Shown: positions 30,688 through 42,265, counted from the whole stretch's first letter. The stretch: DNA of 62,486 bases, filler included, from Clostridiaceae bacterium (GCA_012839865.1; 7 parts of 6 records of this genome joined end to end with filler, not necessarily neighbours in it); one strand, 5' to 3'. Notes: generated by a model not told the origin, from the sequence alone. Translations and numbers: made by a program.

Positions 30688-30788
30688 CCATCAGTCTGTT
30701 TCCCGCCCTGGCCGCAGCTTGCTGCAGTTACAGCAAATACTAACGCCAATAACAGCAAAAGCACTCTTGAGATGTTTTTGTTTCTCAT
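30688..30788 (-). CDS. Lipoprotein N-terminus (cut by contig edge)
   Basis: AGGAGG RBS, then MRNKNISRVLLLLLALVFAVTAASCGQGGKQTD with lipobox AASC. Confidence 0.8.
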
Positions 30789-31035
30789 AAATAATCCTCC
30801 TTATAAATATTTTTTTTGCCACTTAATGCAAATACCTTAAAGTAAAAAAAGGCATTTAAAAAACATTTAATTTAGTATACCATATATTTCATTATGAGAA
30901 CAGTCCATTTTTTCATTTTGATGAAATTTTCAGACTATAAGCGGTCCACAGGGAACGGTTCACCTGTTCTCCCATAGTGTGAAGTCCACGGACGAAACAC
31001 AAATGAAGATGTGAGACGGTCAAGCCAGGGAAGTG

Positions 31036-31992
31036 TTATAAGTTTAAAGTTTTAATTATTTCCTTCAGAGAATTTCCCGACTTCATCAAAAGTTCTCTTT
31101 CTGTTTCGTTAATCGGAAGATCGAGGACCTTTTCAATCCCCTTTCTGTTTACAACTGTGGGCAGGCTTAAACAAACATCATTTAATCCATATTGGCCTTC
31201 CAGAAGACTTGATACCGTCAAAATTGAATTTTCATTCCTGAGTATTGCATCAACTATCCTTCCCACAGCTGCCGCAACAGCATAGTATGTTGCACCTTTT
31301 CTTTTAATTATTTCATATGCAGCATTTCTTACTTTCCCAAAAATTTCATTGAGGCATTCGCCTTTTTCACAGCCTTTGCAGTCTTCACAAAATTTTTCAA
31401 TGGGGATGCCTGCGACATTGGTTACGCTCCAGGTCGCAACTTCGGTATCTCCATGCTCGCCTATGATAAAGCCATGCACATTCCTGGCGTCTATTCCTGT
31501 ATGCTCACCGATAAGATATTTCAATCTTGCCGTATCAAGAACCGTTCCTGAACCAATTACCTTTTCTTTCGGGAATCCTGAAATTTTATACGTCACATAG
31601 GTAAGAATATCAACCGGATTTGTTACCACAAGAAGGATGCAATCAGTGTTGTATTTTATGATTTTGCTCACAATATCCTTGAATACCGCCGTATTCTTAT
31701 GCACCAGATCTATTCTGGTCTCCCCGGGTTTTTGGTTTGCTCCCGCGGTAATAATCACAATATCGGAACCGGCACAGTCTTTGTAATCTCCTCTGTAAAT
31801 TTTTACAGGCCTTACAAAGGACATCCCATGGTTTAGATCCATTACTTCTCCTTCAGCCTTTTCTTCATTTAAATCTATCAGAACCATCTCGGAAACAATT
31901 CCGCTCAGCATTAATGTGTATGCGGTCGTTGACCCTACAAATCCGGTACCCACGATTGCAACTTTCTTAATCCATTCTCCTGCCATTTTCAT
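31036..31992 (-). CDS. ldh: L-lactate dehydrogenase
   Basis: [46 protein letters not shown]. Confidence 0.97.
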   Translation of the reverse strand: MKMAGEWIKKVAIVGTGFVGSTTAYTLMLSGIVSEMVLIDLNEEKAEGEVMDLNHGMSFVRPVKIYRGDYKDCAGSDIVIITAGANQKPGETRIDLVHKNTAVFKDIVSKIIKYNTDCILLVVTNPVDILTYVTYKISGFPKEKVIGSGTVLDTARLKYLIGEHTGIDARNVHGFIIGEHGDTEVATWSVTNVAGIPIEKFCEDCKGCEKGECLNEIFGKVRNAAYEIIKRKGATYYAVAAAVGRIVDAILRNENSILTVSSLLEGQYGLNDVCLSLPTVVNRKGIEKVLDLPINETERELLMKSGNSLKEIIKTLNL

Positions 31993-32249
31993 TCCTCCTT
32001 ATCTGTAATTACTCATATAACATTATAATATAATTACCCGAAGACGAATAAAATAAACAACCGTAGAAGATATCCTCAACCTATCAAGATATTTTCAATG
32101 ACGCATAGACAATTCATGACAATTATCCGTCTCTTCATCCGGCATTTTTCTTCATTCCTAATCATGCTCAAATCATCAAGTACAAGCTTCCATATAATGT
32201 TATAATCAAATCATGATAACGTTATCAGGATTTAATAAAGGAGTATGCC

Positions 32250-33047
32250 ATGAAAAACTTTATGATCCTTGCAGATGCGTTAAATTTCATAGAACAAAAC
32301 TTGTGCGAGCCCATCGCCCGGCAAGATATTGCAAAACACTGCTATGTGTCCTTGTCTTCCCTGGAAAAGTTATTTCGCTACGCAGTGCATTTCAGTATAA
32401 AAGACTATATTACAAGACGAAGAATGACGCAGGCCGCGAAAGACATTTACAAATACGGCATGCGTGTTACCGATGCTGCACTTAAATATCAGTACAATTC
32501 TGTTGAAGTTTTTTCAAGGGCATTCAAACGGGTATGGGGTGTAAAGCCCTCCGAATTTAAGGAGAACTGGAATTTTACCGGTATATTTCCAAAAATCAAC
32601 TACGAATACAGGAAAGGAGATGATTTCAACATGGCACGTAAAAGGGTTGACATGAGTGAAGCCTATGATTATTTGAAAGAAGCAAGGGGAAGCTATGTTC
32701 TATGCTTTGACATTCAGAATCTTACCACATTCAACAATATCTCAACAAAAGCAGGCGATATTGCAATACTTGAAGCAGCCTCCAGAATTGATAAGGTTGC
32801 AACCGATGAAATGATAATGCTTCGGGTCGGCGGAGATGAATTTGCCCTTGTAACAGGCTTGTATGATTTGGACAAGGCAAAGGAAATAGCAGATAAAGTA
32901 CTTGGCAGCAACGGCAAACCGATAGTATTTGAAGGAAAAAAACTGCCACTTTCCCTGTGGTGCGGGATAACCACCATCCCGGAAACCCTCCGTTACAGCG
33001 AACTTTTCACAGAAATGCATGTTGCCATAAACGCAAGCAAGAAGTAG
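32250..33047 (+). CDS. AraC-type HTH regulator fused to a GGDEF-like domain
   Basis: N-terminal AraC double HTH (YNSVEVFSRAFKRVWG), C-terminal VLCFDIQNL...KAGD...RVGGDEFAL. Confidence 0.85.
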   Translation: MKNFMILADALNFIEQNLCEPIARQDIAKHCYVSLSSLEKLFRYAVHFSIKDYITRRRMTQAAKDIYKYGMRVTDAALKYQYNSVEVFSRAFKRVWGVKPSEFKENWNFTGIFPKINYEYRKGDDFNMARKRVDMSEAYDYLKEARGSYVLCFDIQNLTTFNNISTKAGDIAILEAASRIDKVATDEMIMLRVGGDEFALVTGLYDLDKAKEIADKVLGSNGKPIVFEGKKLPLSLWCGITTIPETLRYSELFTEMHVAINASKK

Positions 33048-33348
33048 CATGGCATTAAAAAATCTGCAAAAAACAAGTTTGCAATAATATTCAATATTGA
33101 CCCTGTCATAACATTATAATGGACTGGCAGTATAAAAGTTCCTGCAGCCGGTATGTTTTCCCTGAACCATATATTTTGTGTTACTTCCCCCGGTCAGTAT
33201 TACTGCCATGACTTACGGGCAGTATGCATTCACATCAATCTTCCTGCAATATTTAAAATATCTCTTGACAATTCATAGACGTTTTTATAATATATCTATA
33301 GATTCATAGATGTTATTATGTTACGTTTATGTATTAATATAATTTGAG

Positions 33349-34566
33349 GTGATGAGCATGAATTTGCCGGAGTTATTCTGGAACGCATCATTGCGCGACT
33401 TAAAAAGAGGTTTTGTTGAGAAAGACGATTGTTATATATGTCTGCTTTGCGGCGAAAAAATAGAAAAAGGCATAATCTATCCGGAAGATGGCCTGCTTTA
33501 TGAAGCAGGGAAATATATATGTATTCATATTGAAAAAAAACATCAGTCGGTATTTAATTCCCTGATAAGTCTGGGCAAAAAGTTCACAGGTCTTTCAGAT
33601 CACCAAAACCGTATCCTCAGATTGTTTTACGAAGGTAAAAGCGATCAGGAAGTACAAAAGGAATTGGGCACAGGCAGTGTCTCAACCATCCGAAACCACC
33701 GTTTTGCACTGAAAGAGAAGGAACGCCAGGCCAAGGTGTTTTTAGCAATTATGGATATATTAAAGGATAAAGACAGGAATGCACCGCAATTTCTGGAAAT
33801 ACCAAACACTGCCAGGATGGTGGACGACAGGTATAACATTACCCGGGAGGAGCAGGAGAATATTCTTACTAAATACTTCCCTCAGGGAACTGACGGACCT
33901 CTTTCAACTTTTTCAATGAGAGAAAAGCACAAGATTGCAGTCCTGCGGGAATTGTCGAAGAGATTCCAAAAAGGCAGGATTTATAACGAAAAAGAAGTTA
34001 ATGGGATTCTGTCGGCAGCTTTCGATGACTATGCGACACTTAGAAGATATTTGATTGAATATGGATTTTTGAGCAGGAAAGCAGACGGAAGTCAATATTG
34101 GATTAATGTAAACTTGAATGAAAAAGATAAAGACTCACAGGAAATAAAACCGGAAAGTTTGAAAAAAAACCTTCTCAAAACTGATGAATCCAAAGAATCA
34201 CCTGTGAAAAACCAGGAGGCAGATATGGACAGAAGGAAATTACTAAAGCAAGCATATAAGGAAATCAAACCACAAGCAGGAGTATATCAAATAAGAAACA
34301 CCATAAACCAAAAAGTATTTGTAACCAGTACTGCAAACCTGAAAACCATTAACGGGAGAAAGATGAGTCTGGAAACCGGCACTCATATGAATAAGAAGCT
34401 TCAGGCGGAAGTAAATGAATACGGTATAGACGCCTTCACCTTCGAGGTGCTGGAAGTGCTGGATTTAAAGGAAGACGGGCGGCAGGACATAAAAGATGAA
34501 CTCAAAAAGCTTGAGGAAAAGTGGATTAACAAGCTCCAACCCTTCGGAGAAAAAGGCTATAATTAA
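33349..34566 (+). CDS. DUF2087-domain protein fused to a GIY-YIG-like domain
   Basis: YICLLCG...TIRNHRF, DYATLRRYLIEYGFLSR (DUF2087), then AGVYQIRNTINQKVFV...FTFEVLE (GIY-YIG-like). Confidence 0.8.
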   Translation: MMSMNLPELFWNASLRDLKRGFVEKDDCYICLLCGEKIEKGIIYPEDGLLYEAGKYICIHIEKKHQSVFNSLISLGKKFTGLSDHQNRILRLFYEGKSDQEVQKELGTGSVSTIRNHRFALKEKERQAKVFLAIMDILKDKDRNAPQFLEIPNTARMVDDRYNITREEQENILTKYFPQGTDGPLSTFSMREKHKIAVLRELSKRFQKGRIYNEKEVNGILSAAFDDYATLRRYLIEYGFLSRKADGSQYWINVNLNEKDKDSQEIKPESLKKNLLKTDESKESPVKNQEADMDRRKLLKQAYKEIKPQAGVYQIRNTINQKVFVTSTANLKTINGRKMSLETGTHMNKKLQAEVNEYGIDAFTFEVLEVLDLKEDGRQDIKDELKKLEEKWINKLQPFGEKGYN

Positions 34567-34582
34567 GTTCATTAAATAACCC

Positions 34583-35077
34583 TTATATCTTCCTGCCACA
34601 GTGAGGACAATATTTAAAACTGCCTTCAAGCTGTCCTCCGCAATAGGGACAATATTTGTAGCCAGAGCTTCTGCCGGCAGAATCGTCATGATCAATATTA
34701 CTGTAAGCAGGGTTGCCATAATCCTGCTTACAGTTATTATTGCCATATTTATTATAATCCCTGTCTGATTTATGCTCGTTTTCAGGCCTTTTTATCCATT
34801 TATCAGCCGGGTCCCCTTCCTCTGGGGAATCGGTTATGTCAAACATGGAAAAACGATCTTTGCCTGTAGCATTTTTATAATTGTATACAGCGTTAATGAT
34901 GCCAAATAATATAAATATCACACCAAACAGCGGAAAAAAGGTTCCAACCATCGGGAACGGTGAATTGGCAGTCATACTTGCTGCCATAATCGTCCAGAAT
35001 AAACCAAAAACAACAGCTATAATGGAACCTATAAAGGACATGCCCGAAGGTCCCCGCCCTGGCTTTATGCTTTTCAA
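34583..35077 (-). CDS. Two-TM membrane protein with C-terminal zinc ribbon
   Basis: Two hydrophobic helices, then YCPYCG...FKYCPHCG. Confidence 0.85.
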   Translation of the reverse strand: MKSIKPGRGPSGMSFIGSIIAVVFGLFWTIMAASMTANSPFPMVGTFFPLFGVIFILFGIINAVYNYKNATGKDRFSMFDITDSPEEGDPADKWIKRPENEHKSDRDYNKYGNNNCKQDYGNPAYSNIDHDDSAGRSSGYKYCPYCGGQLEGSFKYCPHCGRKI

Positions 35078-35170
35078 ATCGAATACCCCCGTCAGTGAAA
35101 TTTAACAATCAATAATATTATGGCTCAATATCACAATAAACTCAATATTGATACCTGCTCATTCCGAAAT

Positions 35171-35542
35171 TTATTTCAAAAGTGCATTTGCTATAAGCTT
35201 GTCGAACTTGCGGATATCCACTCCCTTGTTCAGATTTATCTTTATGTGCCCGGCCCTGGTCCATAATTCAACTTCAGCGTTGATGTCCAAAAACCTGCCT
35301 GCATTTTCAGTAGACCACATTACAATTGAAGAATATGGCAGGGAGTAAATTTCTACTTTCTTTCCGGTCAATCCCTGGGCATCCCTTACAATCAATCTTT
35401 TGCTTGTGAAGATTGCACTGTCGCGGAATGTTTTATATGCTGCAACCGCCTCTTCTCCTTCCACTAACAAATCTTTCACGTCATCCGGAATTGGGACTTC
35501 AGACAAAAATGTCCATACCAAAATATCACTTACTGGTGACAT
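35171..35542 (-). CDS. Bacterial PH-domain protein
   Basis: AYKTFRDSAIFTSKRLIVRDAQGLTGKKVEIYSLPYSSI...ENAG. Confidence 0.9.
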   Translation of the reverse strand: MSPVSDILVWTFLSEVPIPDDVKDLLVEGEEAVAAYKTFRDSAIFTSKRLIVRDAQGLTGKKVEIYSLPYSSIVMWSTENAGRFLDINAEVELWTRAGHIKINLNKGVDIRKFDKLIANALLK

Positions 35543-35821
35543 TTAATAACCCTCCCTCAATTATGTTTTTTACCATATATTTTACAGGATTTTCTTCGAC
35601 AATTCAATACTTTTTTGTTTGATTATATGTAATACTGCCAATATTCAGGATATTTTGACTTGCAATGTCAATTCCCCTTATTCATATCAGTAGCTCCGCA
35701 TCATTGAACACTGACTCCAATAAAAGCCATTCTATCCCGGACACTGTTGCAAAGCTGTACCATAAATAATAGCTCTTTTAATGGTTATTAAACGCCTGTA
35801 TAGTTAACAATAAAAAACGCC

Positions 35822-37111
35822 CTACCTTATTATCAGGCTCATCTCGAAACTTGTCATATCATCCGGATTGCCATTAAGGTTGAGTGCATCTTTTAAACTA
35901 TCACTATAATCATAGCCCTTTCGAACGTAGTACTCGTCGATCTCTTTCATATCCATGAGAAAATCCACATTTATCGTGTATGTTGTGTTTTCCAGTTGTA
36001 TCAGGCCATTACTTGTAAGCTTGCTGCAGGACGTTTGATAAATCACCTTGCCGCTGTCATCCACAATCTCAAAATCAACCATCCCTCTTTCGCAATTTAT
36101 TTCAAGATTAAACATGTATTCACCGGGGCTTTTTAGTTTCATCGGTATATGAAGGTCATCCGAATTGTAATTTACATTCATTGATACCGAAGTTTCAAAC
36201 GCAGGTGGTCTGTTAATATGTGCAACCATAGCTGCCATTCCTGCGAGCAGCATCAATACTGAACAGACACAAGCCAGAGCAGTTTTTATTCTTCTTCTTT
36301 TCTTTTTTAAATCAATGTCAATGGCATCATCTGCAAGGCTTTTTTCACGGACCAGTGCGGACCCAATCAGCAAGAGAAAAGGAACTATTGAGCCTAGTAT
36401 AAGATAACCTGGTATTGCAGCTGATAAATCTACTTTTGTCATCGCCGTATCCGGCGGCACAACCGAGAAGCTTGCCAAAGTCGGCACGGCATTATTTATT
36501 AAATGAAATAAAATTGGCAAAGCCATATTCCCGGATTCTATCATAATATATGTCAATACCCCTCCCAAAATGGCTGTTTGAAGAAAGCGGTAGAAATCCA
36601 GGTGAAAAACCCCAAAGATGAACCCCATTAGCAGAATTACAACCCATTTGCTTTTTATTGAAGCCAATGAGGAAAGAATGAATCCTCTATGAAATGCTTC
36701 CTCGCATATAGCCGGCATAACTGCCATAATGGCAAAAGCAATTGCCATAGGTACGCTGGTGGTAAATCTATATATGGCATTACTTACCTCTTTAATTCCA
36801 GGAAAGAAATGCTCTATAATCAAACTTACAAGTAGTACTATAATAAAACTTCCGCTCCACAGGAAAAAAACACCGATAATCTGCCGAAATTTGGGCCACT
36901 TTAGCGGAAACACCTCTTTCAAGTCTGCCTTCAGTATTAATGCCGGAATCAGGGCAAATAACAGAATCAATAATTCTGTAACAGCCAGACCATACATCCC
37001 CCATTTTGCCTGTATGGGTACTGCAATGAACGGGAATACCACAATGAAAAAAATAAAAATACCTATGCCGTGATAGGGTTTTAATTGCTTTTTCTCTGTT
37101 CCTGTTGACAT
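35822..37111 (-). CDS. CPBP/CAAX-family intramembrane metalloprotease with C-terminal extracellular domain
   Basis: PAICEEAFHRG, FGVFHLD and FHLINN motifs. Confidence 0.92.
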   Translation of the reverse strand: MSTGTEKKQLKPYHGIGIFIFFIVVFPFIAVPIQAKWGMYGLAVTELLILLFALIPALILKADLKEVFPLKWPKFRQIIGVFFLWSGSFIIVLLVSLIIEHFFPGIKEVSNAIYRFTTSVPMAIAFAIMAVMPAICEEAFHRGFILSSLASIKSKWVVILLMGFIFGVFHLDFYRFLQTAILGGVLTYIMIESGNMALPILFHLINNAVPTLASFSVVPPDTAMTKVDLSAAIPGYLILGSIVPFLLLIGSALVREKSLADDAIDIDLKKKRRRIKTALACVCSVLMLLAGMAAMVAHINRPPAFETSVSMNVNYNSDDLHIPMKLKSPGEYMFNLEINCERGMVDFEIVDDSGKVIYQTSCSKLTSNGLIQLENTTYTINVDFLMDMKEIDEYYVRKGYDYSDSLKDALNLNGNPDDMTSFEMSLIIR

Positions 37112-37276
37112 TTTATTTTCTCCTTTATAAGTTTTGTGAGGTTATGGACCTCAAAACCAAAACTGCACTTTTCTTAATATTATATTTGTGTAAAATGCAA
37201 TATATCCTCTTTAAACAATATGCTATTATAATTATATTAAGTTATTGCTATCTTAACAATAAACGGAGTAGATAAT

Positions 37277-38092
37277 ATGGTCAACAAGACTGTCATTTCA
37301 GAGGCAATAAAGAAACTGAACATTGAAAACAAACCAGTATGCATTCATTCATCCTTAAAGTCCTTCGGTTATCTGGAAGGAGGGGCACAAGCATTGATTG
37401 AGGCTTTTCTGGATTCAGGGTGCACAGTTATGGTGCCGGCTTTTACCCATGCATTTGACATTTTTCCGCCTGAAAACCTGCGCCCGGCAAGAAACAGCAG
37501 TAATTACTCCTCCCTTAAGGAGGAAGATTATAATAAAACCAGAATATATACTACTGATTGCAATGATATCAGCATAAAAGACATGGGAATTGTGCCATAT
37601 ACTTTGGTAAACATGGATTGCCGGAAAAGAGGTTATCATCCCATCCATTCCTTTGCAGCCGTAGGTAAGCTTGCCGATATTCTGATAAAAGGCCAGTCGC
37701 CTGAAGATGTTTATGCACCCTTCCGTGAATTACGCAAATACAATGGTTTTATATTGTTAATGGGCGTGGACTTAAGAAGGGCAACCATAATCCACTATGC
37801 CGAACAGTTGGCCGGCAGAAAACTTTTTATCCGTTGGGCTTACAATTTGCAGGGAAAACCAATGGCTGTATCCGTCGGCGGCTGTTCAAGGGGTTTTGGC
37901 AATTTTGAAAACATGGTTAGGCCAATTGAAAAAACAATCACTGTCGGGGAAAGTCCTTGGCGGTGCTTCTCAATAAATGAATTGCTGGACATTTGCACCA
38001 AAGCAATAATTGAAAATCCACATATAACTCATTGCGGCAATCAAAATTGTGTAAGATGTGATGATGCCGTCCAGGGTGGCCCAATATGGTGA
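37277..38092 (+). CDS. AAC(3)-family N-acetyltransferase (YokD-like)
   Basis: CIHSSLKSFG, VMVPAFT, HPIHSFAAVG, ILLMGV, TIIHYAE. Confidence 0.88.
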   Translation: MVNKTVISEAIKKLNIENKPVCIHSSLKSFGYLEGGAQALIEAFLDSGCTVMVPAFTHAFDIFPPENLRPARNSSNYSSLKEEDYNKTRIYTTDCNDISIKDMGIVPYTLVNMDCRKRGYHPIHSFAAVGKLADILIKGQSPEDVYAPFRELRKYNGFILLMGVDLRRATIIHYAEQLAGRKLFIRWAYNLQGKPMAVSVGGCSRGFGNFENMVRPIEKTITVGESPWRCFSINELLDICTKAIIENPHITHCGNQNCVRCDDAVQGGPIW

Positions 38093-38186
38093 TAGTTTTA
38101 TAAACTTAAGAGAAAGCTATTTACTGTCCGGGGAGTTTAAACAGCTTTAGCTCTCCGGACAGTAGAATTTAAAGTTGACAACAGCC

Positions 38187-39768
38187 TTACAGTATACCTG
38201 CCATAGCACTGATAATGAGAGCTGCCATAGCTGTTCCAAGGCAAGCCTCCAATATATTCTTCTCTTTGAATATTTGTACAAGCACGGCTGGAACCACTGC
38301 AAGCAAACCTACCATACAACCTATGTTTACATTAAGCATAGCCCAACTGTCAGTCTTTGTTATGTAATCAAGATAAAAGTGTGTTCCCGGAAACACACCG
38401 TTTTCCGCCAAAGCCCATGCTCCTTCAGGGGTGGCACCTTTAAAAATTTCACCAAATATTATGTTAGGATTCAATACATTGTTTGATGGATTCACAAGCA
38501 CAAACACCGGTATGAATAAAGCCGCGATAGAAACAATAATAGTCACCCAATGTATTATGTTTGCATAAAGCATATGGCTTTTGGGAATAGACAATTTGGG
38601 TATTTTTGTTTGCTGAGAAATATCTGCCTTTTTTTCCTTTTTTCCCTGGTTTTTTTCAGTTTTGCTGCTCATTAATACAGTAGCTATCACACCGGCAAAT
38701 ATCACTATGAAAACAATAACCTGTATAATAGGAGGAACATTTCCCATAATCCCCAATACATTCAATCCCTTGGTTACCAGTCCAAAAGCTGTGAAGATCA
38801 TAATGCCGATAAGTATCCAACGCACCATTTTTGCACGTATTCTTGCAAGGGCATATGAGCCGATAAATCCACCTATTACCTGACCTGAAAGCCAGGGCAG
38901 AACAAAAAGCGGTATGATGCTGCCTGCATTTATATATGGCCATATGGAAACACAACTGCCTATACCCAGGATCACACCTGAATTTGCTGCAGCAAGCTTG
39001 AGGGGCAATCCCATTCCAAGGTTTAATGCCGGTGTTATGGCCCAACCTCCACCCATGCCAAAGAAACCGCCTAACATGCCTACAAAAAATAAAAGCAATA
39101 TCCCGAGTGGAGCACGGGTTACTTCATATTTTCTCACCTGTCCCTCGGCTTCTTCAAAGTAGCTTCCTCCCAGTTTCAGTGCTGAAGTGAACCTGCCAAT
39201 TTTTTTTAATAACAGGCCATTCAAGCTTTTTCCCTCCAAAGAAAAGGTATACTGCAATAAGTGCAAGCAGAATTCCAAGGGCAGTACGCATTAAACCTTC
39301 TCCCATTGCGCCGGCATTCTTTGATGTCGTTACAGCTAATGCCGCACCCAGCAAAGCACCTCCGCTCTGGCTTAATGTAAGCAACATACACAGTTTATAA
39401 TTGCCAAGCCCTTTCTTTATGAAAATACCAGTGGATATAATCCCGGAAAACATCGCTACAATAAGACCTGTACCTCGCACCACCAGGCTGTTTACGCTGG
39501 TGAAGGCCAGCATCAGTGGTGTAAAAATAACTCCGCCGCCTATTCCTGCAATTACCGATATCAAAGCTATGGCTACACTGAGAAGAAAAAATGCCAGAAT
39601 AATGAATGATACAGAAGACGTAGGCATTGCACCCTCTTCAGGTATTCCCGGCACCAATGACAAAACATAAAGCCCGAAAAATGCAAGAATTATTGACGAT
39701 ATCATGATTATTATTTCGAGGTATGGTGACTGGAAGTATTTGCTCTTTTTTATTCTTGAGAATAACAT
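38187..39768 (-). pseudogene. TauE/SafE sulfite-exporter-family protein with C-terminal membrane extension, frameshifted at an A8 run
   Basis: ORF 39154..39768 (VIAGIGGGVIFTP) and ORF 38187..39278 (GFFGMGGGWAITP) join cleanly if one A is removed from the 8-A run at 39200-39207. Confidence 0.85.
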
Positions 39769-40133
39769 TTTGACTTGTTCCCCCTTTGCATGTTAAGACC
39801 GTCTTTTACACCGTTTGATTATCAATTTTGATGCCTGTAGTTGCTTTATCGTTCCAGGAGCCATTGTTTGAAGATACAACACCTGGAGTAATTTTCATAT
39901 TAATTATTGTAATTGTACCATAGTTGAAAATCTGCTTCAATGCTGATTTATTATTTTTTCACATTTTATTGTAATAATAGAACAAACGACTGTTAAGTTA
40001 TTTCATTCTTATGATTTTATTAACTTCTTAAAAAGAATTTGCTTACAATAAAATTGAGCATATCTTTTGATATGCTCCCAATGAAAAAAAGTAACAGTCT
40101 ATCTGTCCGTAACAAGCTTGCAAGAAAAGCATG

Positions 40134-40520
40134 TTACATGCATGATTCATATTGATAATTGACCGCCTGAGCCTGGAAAAGCTTATAGTACAGGCTGTCT
40201 GTTTTCTTCAGCAAGTTTTCATGAGTATCAAAGTCCGACACTTTTCCTTCTTCTATAATCAATATCCTGTCGCAAAATACGCTGCTGGACATCCTATGGG
40301 ATATGTAAATTGCTGTTTTATCTCCGACCAGCTTGTTGAAATTCTCGTAAATATCAGCCTCCGCCAAAGGGTCCAGGGCTGAAGTGGGTTCATCCAGTAT
40401 AACCAGTGAGGCATCTTTGTAAAGAGCTCTTGCTATTGCCACCTTCTGGCTTTCGCCTCCTGACAATTCAATCCCCTTTTCATCATATGCCTTGCCAATC
40501 ATTGATTGTATACCATCAGG
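40134..40520 (-). CDS. ABC transporter ATP-binding domain, C-terminal part (cut by contig end)
   Basis: [25 protein letters not shown]. Confidence 0.92.
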   Translation of the reverse strand, partial: PDGIQSMIGKAYDEKGIELSGGESQKVAIARALYKDASLVILDEPTSALDPLAEADIYENFNKLVGDKTAIYISHRMSSSVFCDRILIIEEGKVSDFDTHENLLKKTDSLYYKLFQAQAVNYQYESCM

Positions 40521-40521
40521 A

Positions 40522-40621
40522 NNNNNNNNNNNNNNNNNNNNNNNNNNNNNNNNNNNNNNNNNNNNTTAATTAATTAANNNNNNNNNNNNNNNNNNNNNNN
40601 NNNNNNNNNNNNNNNNNNNNN
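40522..40621. other. Artificial contig linker
   Basis: N44-TTAATTAATTAA-N44. Confidence 0.98.
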
Positions 40622-40661
40622 ACAACATCGAAAATCTAATTTTGTTTTCATCAAAGAAACC

Positions 40662-41945
40662 TCACTTGATTGCTTTAAAAGCCTGTTGGAGGTCAGCGAT
40701 GATATCGTCAATATGTTCAGTGCCGATGGAAAGACGAACGGTCGTCGGCGTGACACCAGATTCGAGCAGTTCTTTTTCATCGAGCTGACTGTGGGTGGTA
40801 GACGCAGGGTGAATCACCAGCGATTTGACATCGGCAACATTGGCAAGGAGCGAGAAGAGCTTCAAACTCTCCGTGAACTTCTTTGCATCCTCCGCCGAAC
40901 CTTTTACTTCAAAGGTAAAGATGGAGGCTGCACCCTTCGAGAAGTATGTGTCGTACAGTTCCTTTTCTCTGCCGGTTGCAAGCGACGGATGATTGACCTT
41001 CGCCACCTGCGGATGATTTTTCAAATATTCCACTACTTTAAGTGCGTTCTCGACATGGCGCTCCACACGGAGAGACAGAGTTTCGAGTCCTTGCAAAAGC
41101 AGGAAGGAGTTGAACGGAGAAATGCACGCACCCTGATCGCGAAGGAGAGTTGTTCTGACTTTGATAATGTAAGCCAGATTGCCGACCGCTTGCGTAAATA
41201 TAATACCGTGATAAGACGGGTTCGGCTTGGATAGTCCGGGAAATTTGTCGTTCTGCGCCCAGTCAAACTTGCCGGCATCTACGATCACACCACCCAAAAC
41301 AGTTCCGTGACCGCCGATAAATTTCGTGGCACTGTGCACGACAACATCTGCACCGTACTCTATCGGGCGAAGCAGATAGGGCGTTGCGAAGGTGTTATCC
41401 ACGATAAATGGGATACCGTGTTTATGTGCAATATCCGCAATAGCTTTCAGATCAACTACGTTGGAGTTTGGGTTGCCAAGTGTTTCAGCAAACAGAAGCT
41501 TTGTATTCGGCCGAATGGCTTTCTCAAAGTTTTCGGGATCGGAAGGATCAACAAAAGTCGTTGTAAGTCCCTGCTCGCTGAGGGTGTTGGCGAAAAGATT
41601 ATGCGTACCGCCGTACACATTGACAGAGGATACTATATGGTCGCCTGCAGTTGCGATGTTCTGAACAGCATAAGTGATGGCCGCCGAGCCGCTTGCCACA
41701 GCAAGTGCTGCCACGCCACCTTCGAGAGCGGCAATACGCTTTTCAAACACATCAGAAGTTGGATTCATAAGGCGCGAATAAATATTTCCGCTTTCAGAAA
41801 GGCTGAAACGGCCTGCCGCCTGAGCGGAATCCTTAAATACATATGAAGTAGTTGCATAAATCGGAACGGCTCTTGCGTCGGTAGCAGGATCGGGAGTTTC
41901 CTGACCTGCGTGAATTTGTAAGGTTTCAAATTTATAGTTACTCAT
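40662..41945 (-). CDS. metY: O-acetylhomoserine sulfhydrylase
   Basis: [10 protein letters not shown]...[25 protein letters not shown] (PLP lysine), [19 protein letters not shown]. Confidence 0.95.
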   Translation of the reverse strand: MSNYKFETLQIHAGQETPDPATDARAVPIYATTSYVFKDSAQAAGRFSLSESGNIYSRLMNPTSDVFEKRIAALEGGVAALAVASGSAAITYAVQNIATAGDHIVSSVNVYGGTHNLFANTLSEQGLTTTFVDPSDPENFEKAIRPNTKLLFAETLGNPNSNVVDLKAIADIAHKHGIPFIVDNTFATPYLLRPIEYGADVVVHSATKFIGGHGTVLGGVIVDAGKFDWAQNDKFPGLSKPNPSYHGIIFTQAVGNLAYIIKVRTTLLRDQGACISPFNSFLLLQGLETLSLRVERHVENALKVVEYLKNHPQVAKVNHPSLATGREKELYDTYFSKGAASIFTFEVKGSAEDAKKFTESLKLFSLLANVADVKSLVIHPASTTHSQLDEKELLESGVTPTTVRLSIGTEHIDDIIADLQQAFKAIK

Positions 41946-42102
41946 TGCTTATTTCCTTTCAATTAATTATGTATTTTTGTTTTAAACCCGAATTTTTATT
42001 TACAACAAAAACACATTCGACCGAAACGGAAATTGGCACGAACAAGACTTTCAAAGTAGTTTTTCATTTTCCGGGTGCCTCTCTTTCTCATTTAATATGA
42101 GC

Positions 42103-42136
42103 ATTATATTATATAATACCTACAATGTAAATAGGT
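42103..42136 (-). promoter_or_regulatory. Sigma-A promoter of metY with overlapping palindromic operator
   Basis: TTTACA-N17-TATAAT on the - strand. ACCTAC-N7-ATAGGT at 42118-42136. Confidence 0.7.
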
Positions 42137-42265
42137 TTTATATGATTTCTAGAAAAAATTTCTGGGCAACTGGTCTTGTTTCCCAAATTCGTGCCGTACT
42201 CCCGCCGCCTACATTTTCACTAAAATGAGCCAGCAGCTTAGAGGCGGGAGACCTCTTGCTATATG

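Noticed and set aside
30977..31000. Hammerhead-like string GTCCACGGACGAAAC
   Set aside because: The required CUGANGA core is absent (reads GTGTGAA) and stem II has only a 2-nt loop.
37277..38092. Aminoglycoside resistance gene
   Set aside because: The AAC(3) fold includes many chromosomal YokD-like proteins without proven resistance. There is no mobile context, and function cannot be assigned from sequence.
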